Positions 1-12,000 of a stretch of DNA of 57,928 nucleotides are shown here, in pieces (position 1 is the stretch's first letter; each line of letters opens with the position of its first letter). The notes under the pieces are model-generated. The model saw only the letters and a program-made list of their open reading frames with translations. It made no database searches and was not told the origin of the DNA. Position numbers and translations under genes: made by a program. Source of the stretch: Girardia tigrina (lineage: Eukaryota); NCBI GenBank assembly GCA_001938485.1, contig MQRK01245260.1, positions 54,705 to 112,632 of the forward strand. Direction: 5' to 3'.

Positions 1-96
1 TTTTTAAAAATCGAAACATGTCCAATAGTTGTATTAAAAAAGCTTTAATCAAATTATATTTTCGAAATACTAAACTTGCGTTCACAAGACTCAATA

Positions 97-117
97 ATAT
101 ATATATATATATATATA
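97..117. repeat. (TA)n microsatellite
   Basis: Direct observation. Confidence 0.9.
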
Positions 118-2834
118 AAGTGAGCTAATAAAAAGAATTGAAAAACACACCAAAGTATGGGTTTTTCAGCAAGGTGATTAATCTTATTATTTCATGACCA
201 GGAAAGATTCAGGGCCTCAACATAAAGAAAAAGTGACATCAAAGTATCCTTTCTCCTCAAACAAATTGCAAGAGGCTATTAATGATGTATGAGTTTAGGA
301 AAACCAGCTAAAATATATAGATAAAATTAATGCCAGCTCACATAGCTTTTGTTATACCTAAAAAAGATAACAACATACAATATTGACTAAAAATACGAGC
401 TTCAATCATTTTGTGCTTATGTTAGCGTATAATTCTATTGCATCAAGTATAATTATTTTACATAAAAAATGGAAATTTAGGGCATACGATCATTGCTGAC
501 AAATACTGTACATTATTTTTTATTTCCATTAAATTAAAGATATTATTTCTTAAAATTTTACATTAAGTCTTTCATTATTCATTAATTTTTCATACAAAAT
601 CCAGTTTCAATGTATTCGAAACTCAAATCAATTTATTAAATAACCAGAATATTCAAAACACCAATCAACCGTCCGGCAGGTGGAGGCGCCATTCTAAAAT
701 ATAATGCGGCATCCATGGTTGTAAAATATTCCTTGAAATAACTTTAGAAAGTGATTATTATTATGATTATATACAATTTTTAATAAAATAGAAATTTTTT
801 AATGTTTAAAAATAATTGAAAGTATTACAATTATTATTATATATTATTTTTTTATAAATTATTTTTTAATGTTTTTAAATTATTGAAAGTATTAAATTTA
901 TTCTAGCTATTCTAATTCGTAATTATAATAATTGATAATATAATTATGAGTAATGATTCACAAGATTTATTAAACAAATTAATTTAATCTTTAATAAAGT
1001 TTTTAGAATATCACATTTCATAAATACGATAGATATTTGAAAATAGCTGTTTTATAATTTTGTGATATGTTAAATTAAAGTATATATTTTATTTAATATT
1101 AAATCAAATAATATAGAAATAAATAATTATTAATTTTATTCATCTATCGAAAGCAGGTAGATACTAGAAATAGAAGCCCCCATAAACATGGCCAGAGCGA
1201 ATGTCAGCAAAGGTGGTCAGGCCTGGTTCTATAGAGCGATGTCAATTAGCAATTGTTACGAAAATGTCATTCCAAATCTATCGTTACAAAAATTACATAA
1301 GAGTCAGGTAACAGCTAATGTAATCAATTAAAATAAAACAGTGAAGCATCATCATTCATCATTGTCGTACTGGTTCAGATGTAAGTTGTTTTAATTAATG
1401 GATACTTAGTGGTTTTTGCGATCTATCATTCAGTACGTTTGATGCACAATTTGCACTTATTGATCGTACTGGCAGCCGTTTGTAGACCTTTACAGCATTT
1501 GAAGATCTGCTCCAGTTCTTTACTAAGTTGAGTCAAATTGTTACTAAAGTTAATTTACCGAAGTTTTTATGAACGTTCTGATAAACTCGATGTAATAAAA
1601 ACCCTTTGTAGTGAGAACATACGTATGTAAAAAATTAAGAGTGAAATGTTGTTATTTAAAGTACACACGTAAATTCTGTTCTTTATCTTTGTAAATATTT
1701 ACAAGTTATTGAATCAACGTTACACTAAAATTACATTTTACTTCAAGACACTCATTCATAATTTACCTGTCATATTGATTTTTTTTAATTATAGAAGATC
1801 AGTGACACGACCTTTAGGTGATACTCCATGACAATAAGGGTAGCATAAGAAGTAAAAGAACAAAAAGAGATCATTGGTAGGAAATAATTTTTTAAAAATG
1901 CCATTTTATGATAACACATTTTATTGAAATATATTTCGATTGAATATCTGATTTTAGCGGTCAAACTTATAAATCCAATAGTTACTCTATTAATTATGCA
2001 ATTACTGTTTCACGCAGAAACTTTCAACAACGTTGATTAGTCACTTGATTGGACATTAATTGCTGGATTAGCCGCTTTAATTATTAATGCCTCACTCGAG
2101 ACTTTTACCCCATAATTTTTTAAATTGTTGTATATTACTTTAAAGTTATTTATTTCAACAGTAGTTTTACAATGCTTTTATTTTCAGTCATATTAATATT
2201 ACCATTTTATTGTCCATGCTCATGAACTCGTTTACAGAGATGACGAACCGTCTCTCCCATGTATATAGCGTTATACCCATGACACTCAAATTTATAAACA
2301 ACATAAGAGCATAAACTTAAGGGAATTTTCGATTTATTACTGAACATATTATATGTTTTAGATAAGATTTTAAATTCAAATTCTTAGTATCTTTCATTCT
2401 AAAATCAAATAATAATTAGAAGAATTACTTATTATTATTAATATTCTTTATTAATGATTACCCGCTGCTTTTCAGGAGAAAACCTCGAATTTCCGGAGCT
2501 TTATAAAAGAAAAATGCCTTGACCGAATAATCAATATGTATGATATTCATCTCTGGTTTGATATCCTTCTTGGCCGTATAGTTAGGGGAAAAAAGAAAAA
2601 AACAATCCATATTTGAACAAAATATTATGCAAGGACACATTTTGCTGTAGTACTATCATGCTGCGCAAATGGAACAAAACTACCTCCACTCATCATTTCT
2701 AAACGAAAAAGACCAATATCAGACGTCAGGGGTTGACTGGATGACTCGGCTTCACTGATGGTGGATGTAAACGACACTCAACTTATGCACGAATTGCAGA
2801 GTGGATTAGTAAAGTATATGATAATATCAACATT

Positions 2835-3128
2835 TCGGTTAGAAAAAAATTTTCGCAATTTCAGAAATTATTGGAATGATAAATTGATCCGGAAAAATAT
2901 TAGAATAATTCAATAAAAAATTGAAATTTTTCGAAATTTCAGATATTAATGATTTTAAGCCATCAATTAAATAATCTCTGTTTACCGGGAAAAAATTCAC
3001 GTCAAGATCGTCGTTACTCGTTTGTCGATTACCAGAGATCACATCACCAGAATTCGTCTTCATTTCATCGCTCGAGTTGATGATCACATCTTTTTGATTA
3101 TTAATAGATTTTGATTCTTCAAAAAAAA
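2835..3128 (+). mobile_element. 294-bp retroposed insertion with A-tail and 15-bp TSD
   Basis: GATAATATCAACATT at 2820-2834 and 3129-3143; A8 immediately before the right copy; removal restores the pogo reading frame. Confidence 0.7.
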
Positions 3129-3450
3129 GATAATATCAACATTAGGACAATAATATCGGGATTCAGCACAAATTATCTCCGGTGCACAACGAGAAGAGGA
3201 GGATGAAGAAGACAGAGAAGAAGAGGAAGAAGAAAACCGAGATATTGCAGCGACCGTAGCTAAGTTATTTAAGAGTAACAATGAAGATGAAGATTTTGAT
3301 GGGTTAATGAATGATGACACTGAAATATTTGATATATGCTTTTATTAAATTATGATTTTTTAATTTAAGATTTTAATTGAAATTATTTTTTATTAAATTA
3401 TTACTTTTTTAATGTAAGTGATTAATTGCGGTTTATAGACTGGTGTGGCT

Positions 3451-3453
<3 letters not shown>

Positions 3454-3495
<42 letters not shown>
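3454..3495. repeat. (TA)n microsatellite
   Basis: Direct observation. Confidence 0.95.
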
Positions 3496-3497
<2 letters not shown>

Positions 3498-4420
3498 CTT
3501 TTTCAAACTTTTCTGTTTTCATGTTAGGTGAGTCTTTCTAAAACAGAGTGACTTAGCCCGGTAAATACAGTAATTAGATTTTAATGAAATGTAGGTAAAT
3601 AGATATATTATTTGAAATTACTTTTTTATTGAATGTTTTATTGATATGCTGTATTGGAAAATAAAATAGTTAATTTCAAATTACTTTTACTTTATTTTTT
3701 TAATAATGAAAAACTACATTCAAAGTAAATGTAAAAATAAAAAAATTATTATTCGATTTCCTGTGTTTGCCCATTTGTGCATATTGCGAAAGTAAAAGGA
3801 AATCCATCCAAGTAAATCTTCAACCAGAATCCATATCCGAACAATGTCATCAGAAATCCGAAATACAACATCAACGTCAGAACCTAGACCTAGAAGAACA
3901 ATATCCCCTTACAAAATTATAATTATCAATTATTTTGCACTGCATGGGAGGACCTTAAAAATATTTTGGAAGTCGGTGATGAAAAGTAAAAAAAATATTG
4001 TGTAAAGATACAGAAATAAGTTATATGAACCCAAGATCCTTTAAAATTCTTAACGATATCGAATGCTTTAAAATCAAACCTTGGTCATGTCAGAAAACAG
4101 TTCACTAAAAGTTGAATAAGATGATTAAAAATAGCTTTATTTTCATAAAAAAATTAAGAAATTCGTTCAAATTGAAGAATTACGAAGTTCAAATTAATTT
4201 ATTTTGCAAAATCCCATGCGTTCATATTCCAAAACTGTAACGCAAATTCAGTTGTAATATATGGGCTAATTCTCATTTTGGAACACGCATGTAAACATTT
4301 CAGCAAGGTGGCGCACCGGCTCATAAGACTTGAAAAGTGCACACTTGGCGCCCGCCAAACCTTCCTGATTTTATTAAGTTCTCTAAGTAGCCACCAAGTT
4401 CCTCAGATTTATGTCCTTTT

Positions 4421-4958
4421 TGTTAAGAACATGGAGACAATTTTCATTTGAATTTCTATTATTATCACATTTAGAGTCATCACAACTCTCAGAAGATCGT
4501 TCACCGTTTGATATCATTCTAATTGTGTTTTTATTTCTATTTTTAATCATGATTATTCGAACAATTTCTTTTTATCTTTTTTAAAATATTTAATTTCTAA
4601 AAATATTAATTAAAAATAATAATTTTAACCATTTCTTAATGAAAACTCAAAACAATAAAAAGGTTATCAAATTGTTAAAAATGAATTTAATTTAAATTTT
4701 ATTAATTTTATCTTTATCTAATTAAATGCTTTTCTTTTGTTTTAAAAAAATATGAAACTTAATTTTAATTTTTAATTTTAAAAATATAAACTTATCAAAT
4801 GATTATTTTAATTATGTTCGAATATTCCAACGTTGTAAATACAAAAAATAACAATTTCCATCTGGGTGGGAGAATCACCATTCTAACTTCAACATATTCA
4901 AATCAGCATATAACATCAATACATTTACACATTCAAATAATTTAAAATATTCCTCACA
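4421..4958 (-). mobile_element. Solo-LTR-like family A, copy 1
   Basis: Starts TGTGAGGAATATTTT, contains TCTCCCACCCAGATGGA block, ends ATGTTCTTAACA; flanks CTTTT/CCCTT (TSD degenerate). Confidence 0.65.
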
Positions 4959-5593
4959 CCCTTGATTATTCTCTTTAATCCGTCCTAGAAGCTTGAGTCT
5001 GTTCAAAACCGCACAAAAATGTCAAATCTTTGAAGAAATTACTTTTGAAAGCGTAGGAAGAGCTCGACACTGTCTACTTGGTCGCGACGGTCAACGTATT
5101 CCCCATACGTCTTAAAGTCTGCATTAATGTTGGTGGTTCACACTTTGAAGTTTAATTGTTATTTGTGTTTTATGACCAGTAAATTATGTTACTTTAGTAA
5201 ATTTTTGTATCACAACAAGTTTTGGCTTTACCAGCAATATATTGAGTTGCTATAATTCTCGACCACCCTGTAGTTAGACTTTTTTGGAACCTTATAGTAA
5301 AGTAAGAAATATTTATCATAGTTTTACACATGCATGAAAAAATAGTTTTTTTTTAATTTAGCAGTATGTAGCTATGTTGGGATTGCTATTAATCTCCCCA
5401 TTTTTAAAAAATAACTTCAGAAGTTACTTTACAAGAAGAAATACTTTAATTGTAAATGATTTTAAAAGTGTACACATTTTACTCTAATAATGCCATTAAA
5501 GATGCAGTCATTCTTAAATATTAAATCATTTCTAACCATTATTAGGGGTGGAAAATAGAAAATAATAGTGTACATAAAAAACAAGCATCTTAC

Positions 5594-6009
5594 ACGATCT
5601 ATGAGAACCAGCCCTGGAATGTCTAATCATAATGTTATTGTCGTCCAAATCAACCTGCGACGCCAGTAAATGGTGTTCGTTACACAGACCAACTATGTGT
5701 TCCGCTCTAAAATTTTATCTAACTAGTTTTTTTTTCACACAATTGTGTTTATTACTTGGTTTTACTATCTAAGTAGCATATAAAAGCGTTATTTGCGTTG
5801 AATCCTTCTACTACCAATTGCATCTTTGGTTTAAAAATTAGTTTTTTCTGCTTGATAGTTATGGATTCAATTTGCTTCCACTTGTACGAAAAGTGTTTAT
5901 GGATTTGTATCTCGGTGTGGGACTGGCTGGAATCCAGCAACTGGATCGAGTCTCGACTAATGGCCAAAAATGTAAATTTTCCAATTGCATCGGATATGCC
6001 AAATTGATT
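5594..6009 (-). CDS. FERM F3 (PH-like) exons (6009-5756, 5706-5594)
   Basis: FLAISRDSIQLL...YKWKQIESITIKQKKLIF...CYLDSKTK / AEHIVGLCNEHH matches the FERM-C pattern (W..I..IS...KK; LC..+H). Confidence 0.85.
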
Positions 6010-9000
6010 CTGTTTTTCGTTATATAAATGAAAACAATAAAACAGATAAATAGTAAAAACAAAACAGATGAAAACAATCAGTTATTGTAAATTTAAACGG
6101 TACGTGATTTTTATTACTCTTATTAATTTAATTGATATTAAATGGAAAGATAATACAAAACAAATGAAAGCTATGTTCACCCATCATTATGAATAATTAA
6201 AAATATATTAATATATTCACGTTTCAAAGTTCTACTTCATATAATATTTGTGACCATAGATCCAATGAATATAAAGTACGGTTAAAATTCTGAAAAATTA
6301 AGTTTTTTAAAAAATTGATAATTTCAGATTAGTGTCAGTAGCTTTTTAAGCGAGAGACTTCTTGTAGTAATTGAAAACCCAATATACAATGAAAGCTAAT
6401 CTTGTATTTCCTTCTGGAGTCAGTGAAATCTATAACCAGAAGGTAGCAATAATTATGGATGTTAACACAATAGATATTCTTAAAATACGGGTTAGTGTGA
6501 ATTCACAGTCGAGTCGATATATAAAGGTTTCTGTAGCGTCGTAATAGTATAACCTCACCCATTAAAAATTTGAAATTTTTATCTTCATACAAATAGTACT
6601 TGTAATATATGATAGGTTATATGGTGAATTATCCTTGATCTGACACTAAGACCAGTCATTTATTAAAATACAATATAGGAAAATAAAGCAGGATCACTTT
6701 CTTTCAGACAATTTTTTATTTTTATTTTTCAATGTACTTATAATTATTAGGTTCGATATTAGAAGTAGAATTCATAGAATAGCAAAACAATTTTTTTATT
6801 ACTATAATAATTACAAATTTCTTAAACAAATTTTGAGGAACAATTTTCTTAATTATAATACGAACCAGATTGAAACAAAATATAATAAAATATAATTTCA
6901 ATATTTATATAGTATAAATATTATGATTTTAAATCATTAGTTTTAAATTTAATTTCGTTTGGTCATTTTTGTATTTCTAAATTTATTCACAATTTCCAAT
7001 TTTAAATCATTAATTAAATTCACTTCTTAGTTTTATTTTGTTTCTTTTTATTTCCCTCATGATTTATACTGCAAAATTTATAACTTACAATTTACAATTT
7101 GTACTTCCTAATTTAAATTCCATAAATATAATTTACAATTTGCAATTTTTTTTAAATTCATAGACTATAATTTATAAGTTACAATTCATTATTTCATTTA
7201 ACCTTACTTTTTCCTTTATATTCTATTTTAATTAAATTTCAAACATTTTGTATTTAAAATTAATTTTCAATGGTACTAAACTTTAACTTCTATTATCCTG
7301 TAAATTATTTTATTATATGATTTGAAAATCTATTTTAATAATCTTAATTGTTAATTAATTTTAAAATATAATTCCTTTTTTTATATTTAAAAATCTTTTT
7401 TAATTTATAAATCCAATTTAAAAATCACTCCTTATAATAATAATTTATGTTTCTTTGTATAAGATTTAATAACTTAATTTTATTTAGGAAAACAATAGTT
7501 ACTGATGACAACCAAAGCAGATTGTAACATGTCCTACGATAATTATTTAAAATTTAGTTGAATTAATTAACGTCATATTTATCTTCAGTAAATCTTGTAA
7601 AAATAAATAATGAAATGTAAAATAAATTGAGGTATAACAACAGTTTAAAATGGAGATGCAAATTTTGTATCTTTTAGTACATGTATACCTGAATAGAATA
7701 ACTTATTTACCTATATATTAAGTATTTGAAGGAACCGAACTTAATTCATTTAATTGTTTTATCCTGTCCCAAATAAAACAATGAATGGATCGTGACTAAT
7801 TTAGTTGGTTACAAATTAGTAATATATACTATTAAGAACATTAATGGAGTTTCCTTTACATTTATTAATATCACAATTTGAATTGCCACTAGAACAATTC
7901 TCCGTAAAACTTGCGTAGCTCGTCATCGTTCTAGATTGATAATCTTTAATAATATTCTTTAACGTCTTATTATTCAAACAAATTTAAAATACAATTTAAT
8001 CATTACAAAAANNNNNNNNNNNNNNNNNNNNNNNNNNNNNNNNNNNNNNNNNNNNNNNNNNTTAACTTTTAATAATTGATTAAACAACTCGACGTTTTAA
8101 AATATTTAAGATATCAATCTTCCATGTGGTTGGGAGAAACACAATCCTAAAACAACATACCAAACAACACACAATAAACATCATTCAAAAATATTCTACA
8201 CATATACCAAACATTGACCAAAAGGTAAAATAAATGGATATTGTGCAGTAATTGACTTTCGAATTATTTACTTTGCTAATATATAAAAATCCGGAATCAG
8301 GGGGTTCGAGTACAACTTCTTACTGTGAAAGGGATGCGCGTGTTTTCAAATTTTAAAAACCTTTTTCATTCAGAGTTTTAACTTTTGTTTTGATGTTTGT
8401 TAAGTTCGATATCAAAAGTTGAAATCATATCACCAATTTTTTATTAATAAAAGACAACACATTTTGCGAACAAATCTTCGAAGAACAATTTTTCTCTTGC
8501 ATAAACCATTTAAACATAAAGATTATAAAATACAAATATAAATACTTAATTTATTGTTTCTTTAATTTCCAAAATTAATTTCACAATATTGCCTTCAATA
8601 TATTTTTTAAACATCTTAAACTAAACTGTTTTCATTTTTTATACTGATGTTTCAATAAAAAATTATCAATTTAAACTTTCGTTTTGAATATTTTCACCCC
8701 AAATTTTTTTCAATGATTCTATTTATAAAGACATTTTTTAATATTTTGAAAATTGCTTTGAGAGATTTTAAATACTAAAATTCAAAACTTTATGTGAGTT
8801 CCCCAAAATCCTAAAAATATTCATGATATTTCAATAAATTTGTTAAGAGAACTCACATATTTGACAGATCATTTATTACATTCACATTTCTTATCATCTT
8901 TATGATGATCAATAGTATTGCTTTCACTATAATCCATCACTCTATCTTCAATATCAATCATCATAATCTGAACTATACTTGAGAAAATTATTTTATTAAA

Positions 9001-12000
9001 AATATTTAATTTAAATTTGATTGGCTTAAATAAAATATTTCTATAGTCATTTTTAAACATTAATTTGATTTTAATTATTTAAAAATTTACAAAAATAATA
9101 TCACTAAAATTATTTAAAAGTTGCAATAATAAAAATTAAAAATTTGAATATCAAATCTAAATTTGAATAAATTAGTTTCAGATTATAAGAATTAAAATAT
9201 TGGCAATCCATCTGATTGGGAGAGGCACAATCCCAAATTAACATACAACATATAAACATGCAAACACTACAAAAAAACAATTACACACCGCATATTCCTC
9301 ACAAAATGTTTTAAAAACTTATTAATGGTTTTATTTAAAGATCTGCTTTAAACAATTACTTGTCTGAAAAATTTTTATAGTTAATAACATTTTTATTCGC
9401 TCATAATACTAAAAAAATAAGAAGACAAATAAATGAATGAAAACCTTGTTAACTCGGTACCAATGCATTCCATAATATTTATTGTCAAGAATTTTCTAAA
9501 AAAACTTGTACATATAATTTAAAGATAAAAACTCTTTTACTTCGATAAATATTTTCTGGCACTGCTCCCAAGGAAAAGCGGCCCAGGGTTCCTGGATATG
9601 ATTTAGAAAGGAAACCTCATCATTGTTTGTATCAAGATATGGAATAAATATGCTATTAAAATAATTGTCAACTGTCAAGTAATCTGGATTTTCTATCAAA
9701 TTATTCGAATTATCGCCGTGTTCAGCTTGCATGGCGATTCCAGCAAAAACAAAAGATTCGTTCATGCTTATCGGAGGCTTGTTGTGAATTAGTAAATCAT
9801 ACCTTGATTGTAAATACAGCAATCTTTGATTAAGAGAATCTCTGAATGAATATCTGAATTAGTTTAAATGCCAAATTCATATATAACATTTCATCAATTG
9901 TTTCGTTTGTCGGATAAAATTTGATTCTGTAATACAAATTGAGAGTTTTCTTATTTTCACTTTGTGGTGCGATCTTCTGCGATTTACGAATAACATAATC
10001 TGCAAGCTTCATAACGTTCATGTCTTCTTTTAAATAAAAATATTCATTATCTGAAAGACAAATACTAATGTTAGTTTTTAAAACTTTTAAAAGTAAAAAT
10101 GTTTTTTTGGTATAAAAAACCGAAACCGATTTCTTGTAACTTAAAAAAAACTTATTTATATACAATTGAAATCTGACTTAAATTACTTTTCAACAGAAAA
10201 TACATTCATAATTCAGATCACGATTTGAAATATAAAATAAAATATTAAATACTACAAAAATATTAAATAACCTAGAAGGGTTTTAAATCGGGAAAATTAT
10301 ATCTTTGTATACTTATCACTAGGAATATTCGCATTCATTCTATATCCTCTATTAAGAATACTAATTGGATTTCGCATACATTTATTTACATCACAACTCG
10401 AATTGCCTCCAGGACAATTCTCCACAAAACTTTCGCAGTTAGACATCGTTCTTGATTGATAAATTAAATTTTATTTCAAAACCTCTAACTATTCAAAAAA
10501 TTTAAATAACAGTTCCTTACTAAATATTTTTAAATTATTTTCCAACATATTAGTTCATACCAGAAAGAATGAGATTTTTGAAATGTCAATATCATTTTTA
10601 ACGAGCAATGTAAAAAAACAACCCTGTGTAATACATTCATTCATAATCACCATTCTTCTTTATAACATTAGAGATGCATTGTATCAGTTTTCCCATCTCA
10701 GATGACCATCGATCAGCAGAAATATTTTTCAGTTCTGATGTAATGAATTGATGTAACTCATCTGCAGATTGAAAATTGGTTTTGTGTTGCTGATCTTCCA
10801 AGTAAGGGTGAATAAAGCGATCCAAGATGTTATAATCAGATGAATATGGTGATTGACGGAGCAAGGTAGCATTCTTGTTAGCGAGAAACATGGACGTCAC
10901 TTTGGAAACATGAGGCCTCGCGTTGTATTGCACAAAATCATGTTTCTCCAGTTGAGTAGAAACACATGTCGACTAAACTTCTTATCCATATTATCAAGAA
11001 AAAAGACATAACACTCACTATTCATGCTTTCTCTCTCCTGCAGCAGTTTGTAATGATATTTTCCAGTGAAGGACACTGCGATGACAGACATGATTTTTCT
11101 GTCAAACTTCACGACTTGAATGGGTTTACTGTGATCACTATTAGGGGAGACCCCGCAACGGTTGCTTCTTTTCTTGAATGGGTTTACTGTGATCACCATT
11201 AGGGGAGACCCCGCAACGGTTGCTTCTTTTCTTGACAACAGTTCTCATGTAAGACCACTTCTCATCCACCATCACAATATATTAATGTTGGTGTTTGCCT
11301 TTCAAAATTTTCAACCATTCCTTTGCAGCAGTGACACGATTAACCTTTTGATCATTTGACAATGCATGAGGAACCCACTTACAGGCAACAGACCGAAAGC
11401 CCAAATGGTCACTCACAATACGCTGAATGGTTCCATGGCTGAGGGATGTCTCATCTTCAATTTCATCAATGGTCACTGCACCATTGGCGTTAATAATTCC
11501 AGAGACCAACAGAATGTTTTCAGGGGTTGTTTTTGTTTATTTTTCTCCCGCAGTTTTCCCAAGAAAAAGAAGTCTTGCCATTGTCAAATTCAGTTATCCA
11601 CCGATACACTGTAGATTCTCCAACACTGTCAGCACCATGAACAGAGATAATTTCCTGATAAATTTCACTTCCAGTTATGCCGAGTGAATAAGGGGAGAAG
11701 GTATAGAAACGAAGATATTTTCGATTTTCCGCCATCTTACAGACAAATAAATCAACCAATATTCAAACAAGTATTCAATAAATATTTTCTGTCAATATTT
11801 TTTTAACTATTACATATTTTTAATCTTTATATGTTACTATATACTACGCAAGTAATTTCCGCCTTTACAGATCACAAACATAGAAATATATAATCAGTCT
11901 CACTCTTTCTGGTACGAACAAATATTTCAATTCATTTTAAATACTATCTATAACTAAATAAATCTTTATGTTACAATCCACTATTAAAATATATTAAATC

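Larger units (their letters stand above)
2600..3570 (+). mobile_element. pogo-like DNA transposon remnant (DDE fragment, acidic C-terminus, right TIR)
   Basis: RTHFAVVLSCCANGTKLPPLII; ARIAEWISKVYDNINIRTIISGF once the 2835-3128 insert is removed; acidic tail LFKSNNEDEDFDG; end ...CCGGTAAATACAG-TA. Confidence 0.7.

Noticed and set aside
661-735. Eighth complete family-A copy
   Set aside because: The 5' blocks are recognisable (AGGAATATTTT...GCCTCCACCTGCCGGACGGTTGATTGG), but no convincing 3' end or TSD; fragment only.
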